Of a stretch of DNA of 62,964 nucleotides, positions 1-8,128 are shown one piece after another; positions within the stretch are counted from its first letter, which is position 1; each line of letters begins with the position of its first letter. The notes under the pieces were generated by a model. That model ran no database searches. It was not told where the DNA came from and was given only the letters and a program-made list of their open reading frames with translations. The stretch is taken from assembly GCA_024405265.1 (NCBI GenBank), contig JAKSOZ010000006.1:1-62964 (forward strand), in the 5' to 3' direction. The position numbers and the translations under genes were made by a program. The stretch is from Kiritimatiellia bacterium. Its GTDB lineage: Bacteria; Verrucomicrobiota; Kiritimatiellia; RFP12; UBA1067.

Positions 1-153
1 TCACTCGCGCGAGTGAGCGCGCCCATCAATAGGCGATGAGCACGCTGATTGAAGCGGTTGCCGCTTGAGGTGCTTTTCCTTTTGTTTTGCCTTGTGAATG
101 ACCGCTATTCGAGTATAACCTTTAATTCTCAGCAAGAGCGAGGGAAACTCGTT

Positions 154-261
154 AGAGGGTATACCCCTCTTGAGTGAGAGGGTATAACCCTGAAGGCTCT
201 TGTGGTATAACCCTCTCAAGCGAGAGGGTTATACCCTTAGACAAGAGAGGGGTATACCCCT
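154..261. repeat. Array of five quasi-palindromic GAGGG(T/TT)ATA(A)CCCT units with exact 23-bp periodicity
   Basis: Cores GGTATACCC at 158, GGTATAACC at 181 and 204, GGTTATACC at 227, GGGTATACC at 250; degenerate AGTATAACC at 112 is also in phase (2x23). Confidence 0.85.
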
Positions 262-323
262 AAACAAGTTGGTCAAACGCGGCAGATTTTTAAGTCTTTC
301 CGCTTTCGCCGCGCGCGGCGATA

Positions 324-332
324 TGATATAAT
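324..332 (+). promoter_or_regulatory. Extended -10 (TGaTATAAT), candidate promoter of the defence operon
   Basis: TGATATAAT upstream of the radical SAM gene; the same TGnTATAAT style occurs elsewhere in the window. Confidence 0.45.
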
Positions 333-615
333 ATTCATCGTTTGGTGGGGGAGAAATCCTGCCGGATGCGCGGTGAATTCCGCGGCTAATGTAACGATAC
401 TTGTGTATCCGGCTTTGAGAAGAAATCGCCAGTTTCAATGAAAGAAGCCAGATGTATGAGTGCGTTATGTGCATTGGTTGCGCATGGCGTACTTTCGATC
501 TACTTTTCTTTCAGGGCGTCTGGCGATGCCTTTCTCAGAGAGTAGATTTGAGGGTGCGCCATGTTTTTGCCTGCGAGCATGAACGCGCCGAGCCAACGCA
601 GGTAATGAAGCCAAC

Positions 616-1998
616 TTGAAGATAGCTATAGTAGATGCAGATTTGATTAAGCGCAAGAAGCATAGATTCCCTAATCTTGCGTGTATGAAGATGTCTGCCT
701 ATTACAAGGATCGTAAGTACCATCCTAATGGTAATGAAGTTGAGTTGGCGTGGTCTTACGAGAATCTTGATGGCTATGATAAGATTCTTATTTCAAAGGT
801 TTTTACGGATACACAGATACCTGAATGGTTGGAGAAAGAGTTTGAAGAATTCAGGAATGACCCCAATCGAGAGAAGAGAAAAATTCAGTTTGGAGGAACT
901 GGATTTTATTTCGATAAAGCGCCTAATCTTCCGGATGTGATTGAACATCACATGCCCGATTATGATCTCTATACTGCGTGGATTGAGAATGCTGTTTTGA
1001 AAGAGCAATCGAAATGCGTAAAAGAGAATCGAACTTTCGATGAGACTAAATTCCGTGCGCAGTTCAAGGAGTATACTGATTATAGTATCGGGTTTTTAAC
1101 GCGGGGATGCTTTCGAAAGTGTCCATTCTGCGTTAATCAAAAGTATTCGCATGTATTCGGGCACAGCAGTCTATCTGATTTCTATGATAAGACGCGCAAG
1201 AAGATATGTCTTTTGGATGATAACTTTTTTGGCTATAATGGCTACTACGATTGTAATGGCATAAAGTTAAAGGATAGAGGCGAAGTGGCGCCATGGAAAG
1301 AATTGCTGGGTGAGCTTAAAGCAACCGGCAAGCCATTTAAGTTTAAGCAAGGTCTTGATGAGAGATTATTAACGCGAGAGATATGCGAGGAGTTATTTAG
1401 TTCAAACTACGATGGCGACTATACCTTTGCTTTTGACAATATACAAGACTATGATTTAATACATCAAAAGCTCGAGATTATTCGTAGTGTTCCAATGTCG
1501 AAGAAGGCATCGGTTCGTTTTTATGTTTTAGTGGGCTTTGTCCAAAACGAAGAGGGTGTGTTTCAGATACCGGATGCTAGTGATATTGAGAACGCGTTTA
1601 GAAGAATAGAACTATTACAGAAGTATCGATGCTTGCCTTATATCATGCGTTTCCAGAGTAAGAATGACAAGCCTTGGCAGCAATCTAATTACAGCAAGTT
1701 GTATGTGGAAATGGCTCGGTGGTGCAATCAACCTAGTTTCTTCAAAAAGAAGAGCTTCCATGAGTATTGCTGGGCTTGCGAAGAGTATCATCATTCGCAT
1801 GGCGGTCGTGCAAAACATAGTTCGACTTGGCAAGCATATCTTGACTTCAAGAAAGACAATCCACAAATCGAGAAAAAATACTTCCATCTCAAGTTTGGTG
1901 AAATCAATAGGATTGTTGGTGAGCCTGTGTTTGCTAAACAGCAAAGAAAACGTCGAGAGAAATTACTAAACAAAAAAAGGGGCTCGCATGATAGTTAA
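616..1998 (+). CDS. Radical SAM protein (FPNLAxMKxSA N-terminal type, common in phages/mobile elements)
   Basis: CxxxCxxC in TRGCFRKCPFC; LLDDNF and QGLDERL; N-terminal IVDAD..FPNLACMKMSAYYK; TTG start. Confidence 0.85.
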   Translation: MKIAIVDADLIKRKKHRFPNLACMKMSAYYKDRKYHPNGNEVELAWSYENLDGYDKILISKVFTDTQIPEWLEKEFEEFRNDPNREKRKIQFGGTGFYFDKAPNLPDVIEHHMPDYDLYTAWIENAVLKEQSKCVKENRTFDETKFRAQFKEYTDYSIGFLTRGCFRKCPFCVNQKYSHVFGHSSLSDFYDKTRKKICLLDDNFFGYNGYYDCNGIKLKDRGEVAPWKELLGELKATGKPFKFKQGLDERLLTREICEELFSSNYDGDYTFAFDNIQDYDLIHQKLEIIRSVPMSKKASVRFYVLVGFVQNEEGVFQIPDASDIENAFRRIELLQKYRCLPYIMRFQSKNDKPWQQSNYSKLYVEMARWCNQPSFFKKKSFHEYCWACEEYHHSHGGRAKHSSTWQAYLDFKKDNPQIEKKYFHLKFGEINRIVGEPVFAKQQRKRREKLLNKKRGSHDS

Positions 1999-2791
1999 AT
2001 ACTTTCAGCACCTTGAGTATGCCTCACAGGAGAAGTCATTGAGCAATCCTAATGGATTGTATAGATGGGTGAACGCTTTCGCCAACAAGCAGGATGCGAC
2101 CACGTTCTTGGAATTGGTAGTCGATTATTTGTGTGGAGACGTTATAACGGACTCATGGATGCTCATAGATAAGGAGAATGGACAATTAGTAAGTGAGATG
2201 GCTGATTGGTTCGTTGATGGTTTGCGACATGTCCCATTGGAAGTGCTCGCCCAGAAGCTCAAATTGCGGGAATATAAATTGTCTGAATCGGTTGATAATA
2301 TCCCCCAGATAAGCTCCTTTGAAGGATCAACATTGGATATTTTGGATATCCTATCTAAGTCAGAGTCGGCTTTAGACTTCGTCCAACTAGGTTACTATTT
2401 ATATCCAGCTTCTTCAAGGCGGAATGAAACGGCGAAGCGAAAGTACGGGGAGAATGCGTCGAAATTCGCAGCGTTTTTCGATCTAGTACGCCTTGATCAC
2501 TTAGGTGTTAAATTAACCCCGATAGGAGAGGCTGTTCAACGCGCAAAGGGTGATAGATTGGAAATAGTTGCGAGGCTTCAGTTTAGATTAGCTTTATTCA
2601 GGGACTTATTGTGCTCGGATGACGCGAAGAATGAAAAAGTATTTTGCGATACTATATTCAAGTTGAGCAAACTTACTCGCATCCGGAGGTCAACGGCATT
2701 CACTGCAATGCTGAAGATATATGATAAATATGAATGTGGTAAGCCTTTAGGATGCAAAGCAGAGGATCTAATATGTCAGATGCGACGCTGA
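1988..2791 (+). CDS. Hypothetical protein with probable C-terminal winged-helix (DUF7226-like) DNA-binding region
   Basis: IPQISSFE, KRKYGEN, LTPIGE and TRIRRSTA motifs resemble wHTH domains of restriction-associated proteins; overlaps both neighbours. Confidence 0.5.
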   Translation: MIVKYFQHLEYASQEKSLSNPNGLYRWVNAFANKQDATTFLELVVDYLCGDVITDSWMLIDKENGQLVSEMADWFVDGLRHVPLEVLAQKLKLREYKLSESVDNIPQISSFEGSTLDILDILSKSESALDFVQLGYYLYPASSRRNETAKRKYGENASKFAAFFDLVRLDHLGVKLTPIGEAVQRAKGDRLEIVARLQFRLALFRDLLCSDDAKNEKVFCDTIFKLSKLTRIRRSTAFTAMLKIYDKYECGKPLGCKAEDLICQMRR

Positions 2792-4812
2792 ATGATTTAA
2801 AGTTAAAGCCACAATATAGGACAAACCCTCTTAATCCCGGAGCGGTCGTAGAGGAGTTTTATATTCCGATTCTTGAGGTTGCAAGAAAGTACGATAGAAT
2901 ATCAGGATTCTTTTCATCGGCGTCTTTGTGCTTGGCGGCAAGAGGGATCGCGGCTTTAATAGAGCATGGCGGAAAGATGAGATTAGTATGTAGTCCGAAT
3001 CTTCCATTGGGCGATTGTAAGGTATTCAAAGACTTTGTCTATAGTAGTACGGAAGACGATTACAATAAGTACTTGAATGAAAACTTCAGACCTGACGAGA
3101 GCTCGATACAAAAGGATCATCTCGCAGCTTTGGGTTGGATGTTGGCTAACGGTTTCTTGGAGGTTAAATTAGCCATTCCGAATAGTAATCTCGACATGTC
3201 GATGTGTCATCCGAAAATAGGCCTTGTAGAAGACATGGAAGGGAATGCGATTTCGTTCAGTGGATCTAATAATGAAACCGTTAATGGCTGGGCTGTCAAT
3301 CAGGAAGAGTTCAAAGTATTTTCAAGCGTGGAAAATACCCAATATTATGAAAATGATAGAATGTGCTTCGACTGGTATTGGAATAACATAATGCCTGGGG
3401 TAAAGTGTGTGGATTTACCAGAAGCATTGCGTCAAAATTTACTGAAAAGGGCTGACGAGTTTAACAAAGAGACTTATATTGCTAAACATTACGTACAGGC
3501 GATGCGTAGTCATAGGGTATGGTCAAAACTGAATTTACGAGACTATCAGAATGAAGCAATTTCAAAGTGGGAAAAGAATAATTATAGTCTCATGTTTGAA
3601 ATGGCTACCGGTTCCGGTAAGACACGCACCGCATTGGGTTGTATCAATAGGTTTATGGAGAAAGAGCCTACGGGTTGTGTGGTAGTAGCAGCTCCAAGGC
3701 TTGCGCTTTGTGATCAATGGAGGAAGGAGTCGCAAGGATCGTTTTTGAAAGATGCGAAGGAGATCGAGGCCAATTCTGATCATAAAGACTGGAATGTGGG
3801 ATTGGCTCGTCAAATATCAAGAATCGTGCTAGGAACATCGGCTAGCAAATATATAGTTGTGTACACATCTCATAAGACGGCGTCTTCTTTAGAGTTCCTT
3901 GAGATGATAAATCGTTTGACGAAGTCAATTCCCCTTATGTTAGTTGCAGACGAAGCCCATGGATTAGGGGCGCGGCAATATCAACGCGCTCTGTACGAGA
4001 AGGCTTCATATCGCGTAGGGTTAAGTGCAACGCCAACTAGGATGTTTGATGATATTGGAACCGAAAAACTAGTTAGTTATTTCGGGAACGCAAGCTTCGA
4101 GTTTTCGATAGGCGATGCGTTACTTGCTGGATTTGTAAGTCCTTATCGATATTATCCGATTCTTGTGAAATTTACACGAGATGAGAATGATAAATACGAC
4201 GAATTGACTGAACGAATAAGAAAGCTCAGACTCGTTTGCGAGAATAATCTTGATGAAGACGCGTTTGCGAAGCTAGAAGATGCTCTACGAAAACGGGCCC
4301 TTTTAGTAGCTGCGGCTCAAGGAAAATTACCGGCGCTGAGAAAGATATTGCAAGATAGACGGCAAGACATGAAGAAACATGCAATTGCATTTACCTGTCC
4401 GGACAATATAGATGCAGTGGTAAACGTGTATCTTGATGCTGGCCTTATGCCGCGCAAATATACTTCATACGAAAGTACCGACAAGCGTAAAGAATTATTG
4501 GTGCAGTTTGCAGAAGGGTCTTGCTCGGCTTTAGTGGCGATGAAGTGTCTTGATGAGGGAGTAGATATCCCTGCGGCAAAATATGCAATGCTGATTTCGA
4601 GCACGGTAAACCCTAGAGAGTATATCCAGCGAATAGGTCGCGTGATAAGGAAGAGCTCGGATAAAGAATATGCCGAGATATACGACTTCTTGGTCGTATG
4701 CAATGGGAATAGTATAGTGGAGCGAGATCTTAATCGAGCACTATACATTGTCAAGTTTGCAGATAATGCAACGTCAGTCTTAGATACTTTATATACAAAA
4801 ACAGGAGTGTAA
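2773..4812 (+). CDS. PLD-nuclease + SF2 (ResIII-like) helicase, PbeA-like
   Basis: HPKIGLVED..GSNNET (HKD motif), MATGSGKT, DEAH, SATP, QRIGRVIR; ATG at 2773 after AGAGGA (ORF track starts at 2752). Confidence 0.85.
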   Translation: MSDATLNDLKLKPQYRTNPLNPGAVVEEFYIPILEVARKYDRISGFFSSASLCLAARGIAALIEHGGKMRLVCSPNLPLGDCKVFKDFVYSSTEDDYNKYLNENFRPDESSIQKDHLAALGWMLANGFLEVKLAIPNSNLDMSMCHPKIGLVEDMEGNAISFSGSNNETVNGWAVNQEEFKVFSSVENTQYYENDRMCFDWYWNNIMPGVKCVDLPEALRQNLLKRADEFNKETYIAKHYVQAMRSHRVWSKLNLRDYQNEAISKWEKNNYSLMFEMATGSGKTRTALGCINRFMEKEPTGCVVVAAPRLALCDQWRKESQGSFLKDAKEIEANSDHKDWNVGLARQISRIVLGTSASKYIVVYTSHKTASSLEFLEMINRLTKSIPLMLVADEAHGLGARQYQRALYEKASYRVGLSATPTRMFDDIGTEKLVSYFGNASFEFSIGDALLAGFVSPYRYYPILVKFTRDENDKYDELTERIRKLRLVCENNLDEDAFAKLEDALRKRALLVAAAQGKLPALRKILQDRRQDMKKHAIAFTCPDNIDAVVNVYLDAGLMPRKYTSYESTDKRKELLVQFAEGSCSALVAMKCLDEGVDIPAAKYAMLISSTVNPREYIQRIGRVIRKSSDKEYAEIYDFLVVCNGNSIVERDLNRALYIVKFADNATSVLDTLYTKTGV

Positions 4813-4813
4813 T

Positions 4814-4981
4814 ATGAGCCAGAAGATATTAGAGGCAACTGAAAAGGTTCTTGAACAAATGAATGCATCAGAGGATGTTGCGGATTTTGTTCGCGGCATT
4901 GTTGCTTTCGAATGTTTTGAAAAAACATATCAGTTTAAGAAGCGCTACATGGACGAGCTTAAAAAAGTGACGGCTAATTAA
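4814..4981 (+). CDS. 55-aa small protein missed by the ORF track, PbeB-like by position
   Basis: MSQKILEATEKVLEQMNASEDVADFVRGIVAFECFEKTYQFKKRYMDELKKVTAN*; AGGAG RBS at 4803; fills the gap between helicase and ATPase. Confidence 0.75.
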   Translation: MSQKILEATEKVLEQMNASEDVADFVRGIVAFECFEKTYQFKKRYMDELKKVTAN

Positions 4982-4990
4982 GGAGATTTT

Positions 4991-6976
4991 ATGCGTATTC
5001 AGTCGATTGTAATTGAGAACTATCGTCAGTACCGTAGCCTTAGGCTTGACCTTGAGAAGCCTAATAAAGATGGTTACGATTTGAATGTCTTGGTCGGCAA
5101 AAATGGGTTTGGCAAGACGAACCTTGCTAACGCGTTTTGTTGGTGCCTTTGGGAAAAGGAACCCGACCTGGCATTGAAGGATAAGAATGCAGGAAAGCCT
5201 TTATATAATGTTTTGGCGATGAATGAATGCAAGGCGAGCGGTAAGAAATATCTAGAGGTCTCTGTAAGTGTAAAGATAGATCTAGAGGACTCGAAAGGAA
5301 GATGCCTTTTAGTTCAACGTAAGTGCATGTGCAATACTCATGGCCTTATTGATGAGCCACGATTAATTGTTGCAGTCACGCAGAGATCGTCGCAAAAGGC
5401 TGGCATGACTTACGATGGGCAGGATGCTCAGGATGAGATAGAACGCTATTATCCATCCGATTTGTCGGATTATTTGGTCTTTGATGGCGAGCGGTTGACT
5501 ACGTATTTCCAGCGAGGACAGGCAGCGAAGATTGAGCAGTCTGTTATTAATTTATCGGGTGTTCAGAAACTTGATGAAGCCATGCATCACCATCAGGTTA
5601 TTATGAATGACTTGGATGGGCAGATTAAAGATAATAGCGTTGAACTTCAGGCTGCTGCAGCTAAGAGAGAAAAGGCGGTAGCGGAATATAATAGAAATTG
5701 TACTGCTATACTGGATTACGAACGTGAAGTTGAGGATGCGGAAAGCCGTATTCAACATCTTCGTGAGTCTATCGGTAATCATAAGAACGTTCCGGAATTG
5801 CTTTCTAAAAAGGATGGTTATGAGGCGGCATTGAAAGCACTCGATCAAAAGATGCTAGAGGTACACGCTAAGAAGTGCGAGCTTATTAGGACATATTATC
5901 CGGTTCTCGTAGTTATGAAATATGCTCCTACGTTACATAGTTATATCGAACAGAAGCAGGCGCGACAGGAGTACCCTCCGTCAATCAAAAAGGAGATTTT
6001 CGAAGAAATTCTTAAGGTTGGGAAGTGTATGGTTTGCGGAGAGAAGCTTACCCCCGAATCAATTCAGTATGTAAAAGACCAAATCGACAAATACAATAAA
6101 ACTGTTGTTTCAACCGAGACGTACAAGGCTATTAATAATCGAATAGAGCCTCAGATATATCGATTCTCAGAAAAGCTTAATACGTACCTCGATAAAAGAG
6201 ATTGGATTTTGCAAAGCGAGGCAAATATAGCAAAGCAACAAGAAGAAACTGAGGAACGATTACAAGAAGTTCGCGATAAGTTGGCTACGGTTAATAACGC
6301 GCTTAATTATAAATCTATGATTGCAGAGCTTAATGAAAGAGAAAGCTCGCAAAGATATAGTCGTGACATGCTTGGTGCCGCAAGAGAAAAGGCATCGCGG
6401 TTGCTTTCGGAGAAGCAAGCGGCTGAAGCGGAGTACGAGAGGATTAGGTTGCAAAGTGATAATGATGAGTCACGTCGTAATCAAAGAAGAGTCGTTCTGA
6501 CGTCAATGCGCATTGTCTCGATGGTGCGCAAGAATATGGTTGACGAAATAAGGACATCTATTGAAGAGAAGGCTAATAAATATTGGCATTCTTTAATGTG
6601 GAAGCCGGCTGATGAGATCGGAACTATACGTTTCTCAGCTATTTTCGAGGTGACTCTTGCAGATGAAAGCGGTCAACAGTTGATCGGTACATTAAGCGCG
6701 GCAGAGCGCGAGATGCTTGCATTGTCAATCACTTGGGCTATTCATTCACAAGCGGGTATTAACTTCCCGTTCTTTATTGATACGCCAGTTGCAAATATGA
6801 GCTCTGATTCGCGTAGGGATTTTGCCGTCACACTCAAAGATATCGCTAAAGAAAAGCAAGTTGTGCTGCTCTTTACTGATACTGAATATGTCAATGAAAT
6901 ACCAGAGGCGTTCGGTAATGACTTAAACATGCTTAAGACATTGTCGTACTCTAAGGGTGTTACTGTTATTCGCTAA
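4991..6976 (+). CDS. DndD/Rad50-like SMC-type ATPase, PbeC-like
   Basis: Walker A GKNGFGKT, FDGE, coiled coils, zinc-hook CMVCG, signature LSAAERE, Walker B FFIDTP, QVVLLFTDTE; RBS AAGGAG. Confidence 0.85.
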   Translation: MRIQSIVIENYRQYRSLRLDLEKPNKDGYDLNVLVGKNGFGKTNLANAFCWCLWEKEPDLALKDKNAGKPLYNVLAMNECKASGKKYLEVSVSVKIDLEDSKGRCLLVQRKCMCNTHGLIDEPRLIVAVTQRSSQKAGMTYDGQDAQDEIERYYPSDLSDYLVFDGERLTTYFQRGQAAKIEQSVINLSGVQKLDEAMHHHQVIMNDLDGQIKDNSVELQAAAAKREKAVAEYNRNCTAILDYEREVEDAESRIQHLRESIGNHKNVPELLSKKDGYEAALKALDQKMLEVHAKKCELIRTYYPVLVVMKYAPTLHSYIEQKQARQEYPPSIKKEIFEEILKVGKCMVCGEKLTPESIQYVKDQIDKYNKTVVSTETYKAINNRIEPQIYRFSEKLNTYLDKRDWILQSEANIAKQQEETEERLQEVRDKLATVNNALNYKSMIAELNERESSQRYSRDMLGAAREKASRLLSEKQAAEAEYERIRLQSDNDESRRNQRRVVLTSMRIVSMVRKNMVDEIRTSIEEKANKYWHSLMWKPADEIGTIRFSAIFEVTLADESGQQLIGTLSAAEREMLALSITWAIHSQAGINFPFFIDTPVANMSSDSRRDFAVTLKDIAKEKQVVLLFTDTEYVNEIPEAFGNDLNMLKTLSYSKGVTVIR

Positions 6977-6988
6977 GGAGGATTTATT

Positions 6989-7483
6989 ATGGCTAGTGTG
7001 CTAGATTTACGTTGGGGTGTATCAGATGAGGTCAAGAATAAGGTTATACCCATAGCAGATAAAACAGGGTTCCTTGGGTATGATGAAGATGATCGAATCA
7101 GTTTATACATTTTTGCTGCGGCGTTAGCAACAAAGTTACAGATGACGCCCAAGTCGGAAACATTTAAAGGCTTGGTTATGATGAAATCTGTTTCCGACGA
7201 AGAGATAGCCCAGCTCTTGTTGATGTATCTAATGGGCAATGCTAAAAAGTCGCTAGATTCGGTGATTGATAACGTCGGTGAATCTAGACGAAAAGAAGTC
7301 GTTCAGTATATTAATCAGGTTGCAAATGCCGGATTCCAAGTGGTAAAAGAGCTTAATTCGAGAAATGAAGATCTTGTTATCGCGGATTTGATTGATGAAA
7401 TGAATAGAGATTATGCTGATTTCCAAAAGAAGCACCCGGAATACAAATTACCGGTGTATCATGATTTTGAAGCAAAGCAATAA
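6989..7483 (+). CDS. Dnd-associated protein 4-like / PbeD-like protein
   Basis: LYIFAAALA and YINQVANAGFQVV resemble the FEEYANGGL-type motif of Dnd-associated protein 4; follows the ATPase; RBS AGGAGG. Confidence 0.55.
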   Translation: MASVLDLRWGVSDEVKNKVIPIADKTGFLGYDEDDRISLYIFAAALATKLQMTPKSETFKGLVMMKSVSDEEIAQLLLMYLMGNAKKSLDSVIDNVGESRRKEVVQYINQVANAGFQVVKELNSRNEDLVIADLIDEMNRDYADFQKKHPEYKLPVYHDFEAKQ

Positions 7484-7493
7484 GATGTTTGAC

Positions 7494-7525
7494 GCGAAGT
7501 GTCGGTAACATGACCGCCACTTCGC
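7494..7525 (+). terminator. Hairpin after the defence operon
   Basis: GCGAAGTGTCGGT-loop-ACCGCCACTTCGC imperfect inverted repeat; weak U tract. Confidence 0.45.
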
Positions 7526-7567
7526 ATCATTTCGCCTAGTGGCTTCAATCTGCTGCGCGGCGGATTA

Positions 7568-7861
7568 GTAATCGGCGTACAAGCGAAGCACTATGATGGG
7601 CACAATGTTCAGCGCCCGGAGATCGATAAGTTCATCGGCGCTTTGGAAGGGCGGGAAGGTGTTTTTGTGACGAGCAGCTCGTTTTCGGAGGATGCGAAAA
7701 AGAAGGCCGCAAATACTCATTCCAACTCCAAGATCGCGCTTATCGATGGAGATCGAATGGTGGATTTTATGATAAAGTACAATCTTGGCGTTCAGGAGAC
7801 GGATAAGAAATACGTTTTCAAGCGCATTGATCACGCCTTCTTTGAAGAGTTCGAAGGCTAA
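7568..7861 (+). pseudogene. mrr: C-terminal remnant of Mrr-family restriction endonuclease
   Basis: In-frame reading upstream of the ORF-track start gives IGVQAKHY..VQRPEIDKFIGAL..GVFVTSSSFSEDA..IALIDG..KYNLGV..IDHAFFEE; N-terminus missing, in-frame TGA at 7511. Confidence 0.8.
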
Positions 7862-7864
7862 GAT

Positions 7865-7921
7865 TTTTCCATAAAATACTGGAAAGAAGGTCTGACCATC
7901 GTCCCAGTATTTTATGGAAAA
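7865..7921. repeat. 18-bp perfect inverted repeat with 21-nt loop
   Basis: TTTTCCATAAAATACTGG (7865-7882) / CCAGTATTTTATGGAAAA (7904-7921). Confidence 0.8.
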
Positions 7922-8093
7922 TTTTTCGCTTGATTTCGCACCCTTCCGCCGGTAGGAGGACTCAGGCTGGAGGGGGACGGAGCGGCGAGTAGCCTGGAAT
8001 CGACGCCTCGCTCGAACAACCCGCTCGAATGGAGTTCTAAGTATACGCGGCGGCGAAAAAAGTAAATCGCTCGGCTTGCGATACGGAAATCGC

Positions 8094-8128
8094 CTCAGTC
8101 TTCGCCTTCGTGGAAGGTGCCGTCGGCG
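8094..8128. repeat. 35-bp direct repeat, copy 1 (duplicate of the MFP gene 3' end)
   Basis: CTCAGTCTTCGCCTTCGTGGAAGGTGCCGTCGGCG identical to 10882-10916. Confidence 0.95.

Noticed and set aside
154-261. Possible CRISPR array
   Set aside because: The period is only 23 bp, with no constant repeat plus unique spacers and no cas genes in the window
335-615. Riboswitch or ncRNA in the leader of the radical SAM gene
   Set aside because: Only weak GU-rich hairpins; no cobalamin, SAM or other consensus recognised; an Infernal/Rfam scan would be needed
4991-7483. Canonical dndBCDE phosphorothioation operon
   Set aside because: No PAPS-reductase DndC, DndB or cysteine desulfurase; the order fits a Pbe-like effector module better
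7950-8030. Additional GTAG-footed REP hairpin
   Set aside because: Short stem (CAGGCT/AGCCTG), single copy, unrelated to the REP consensus around the transposase
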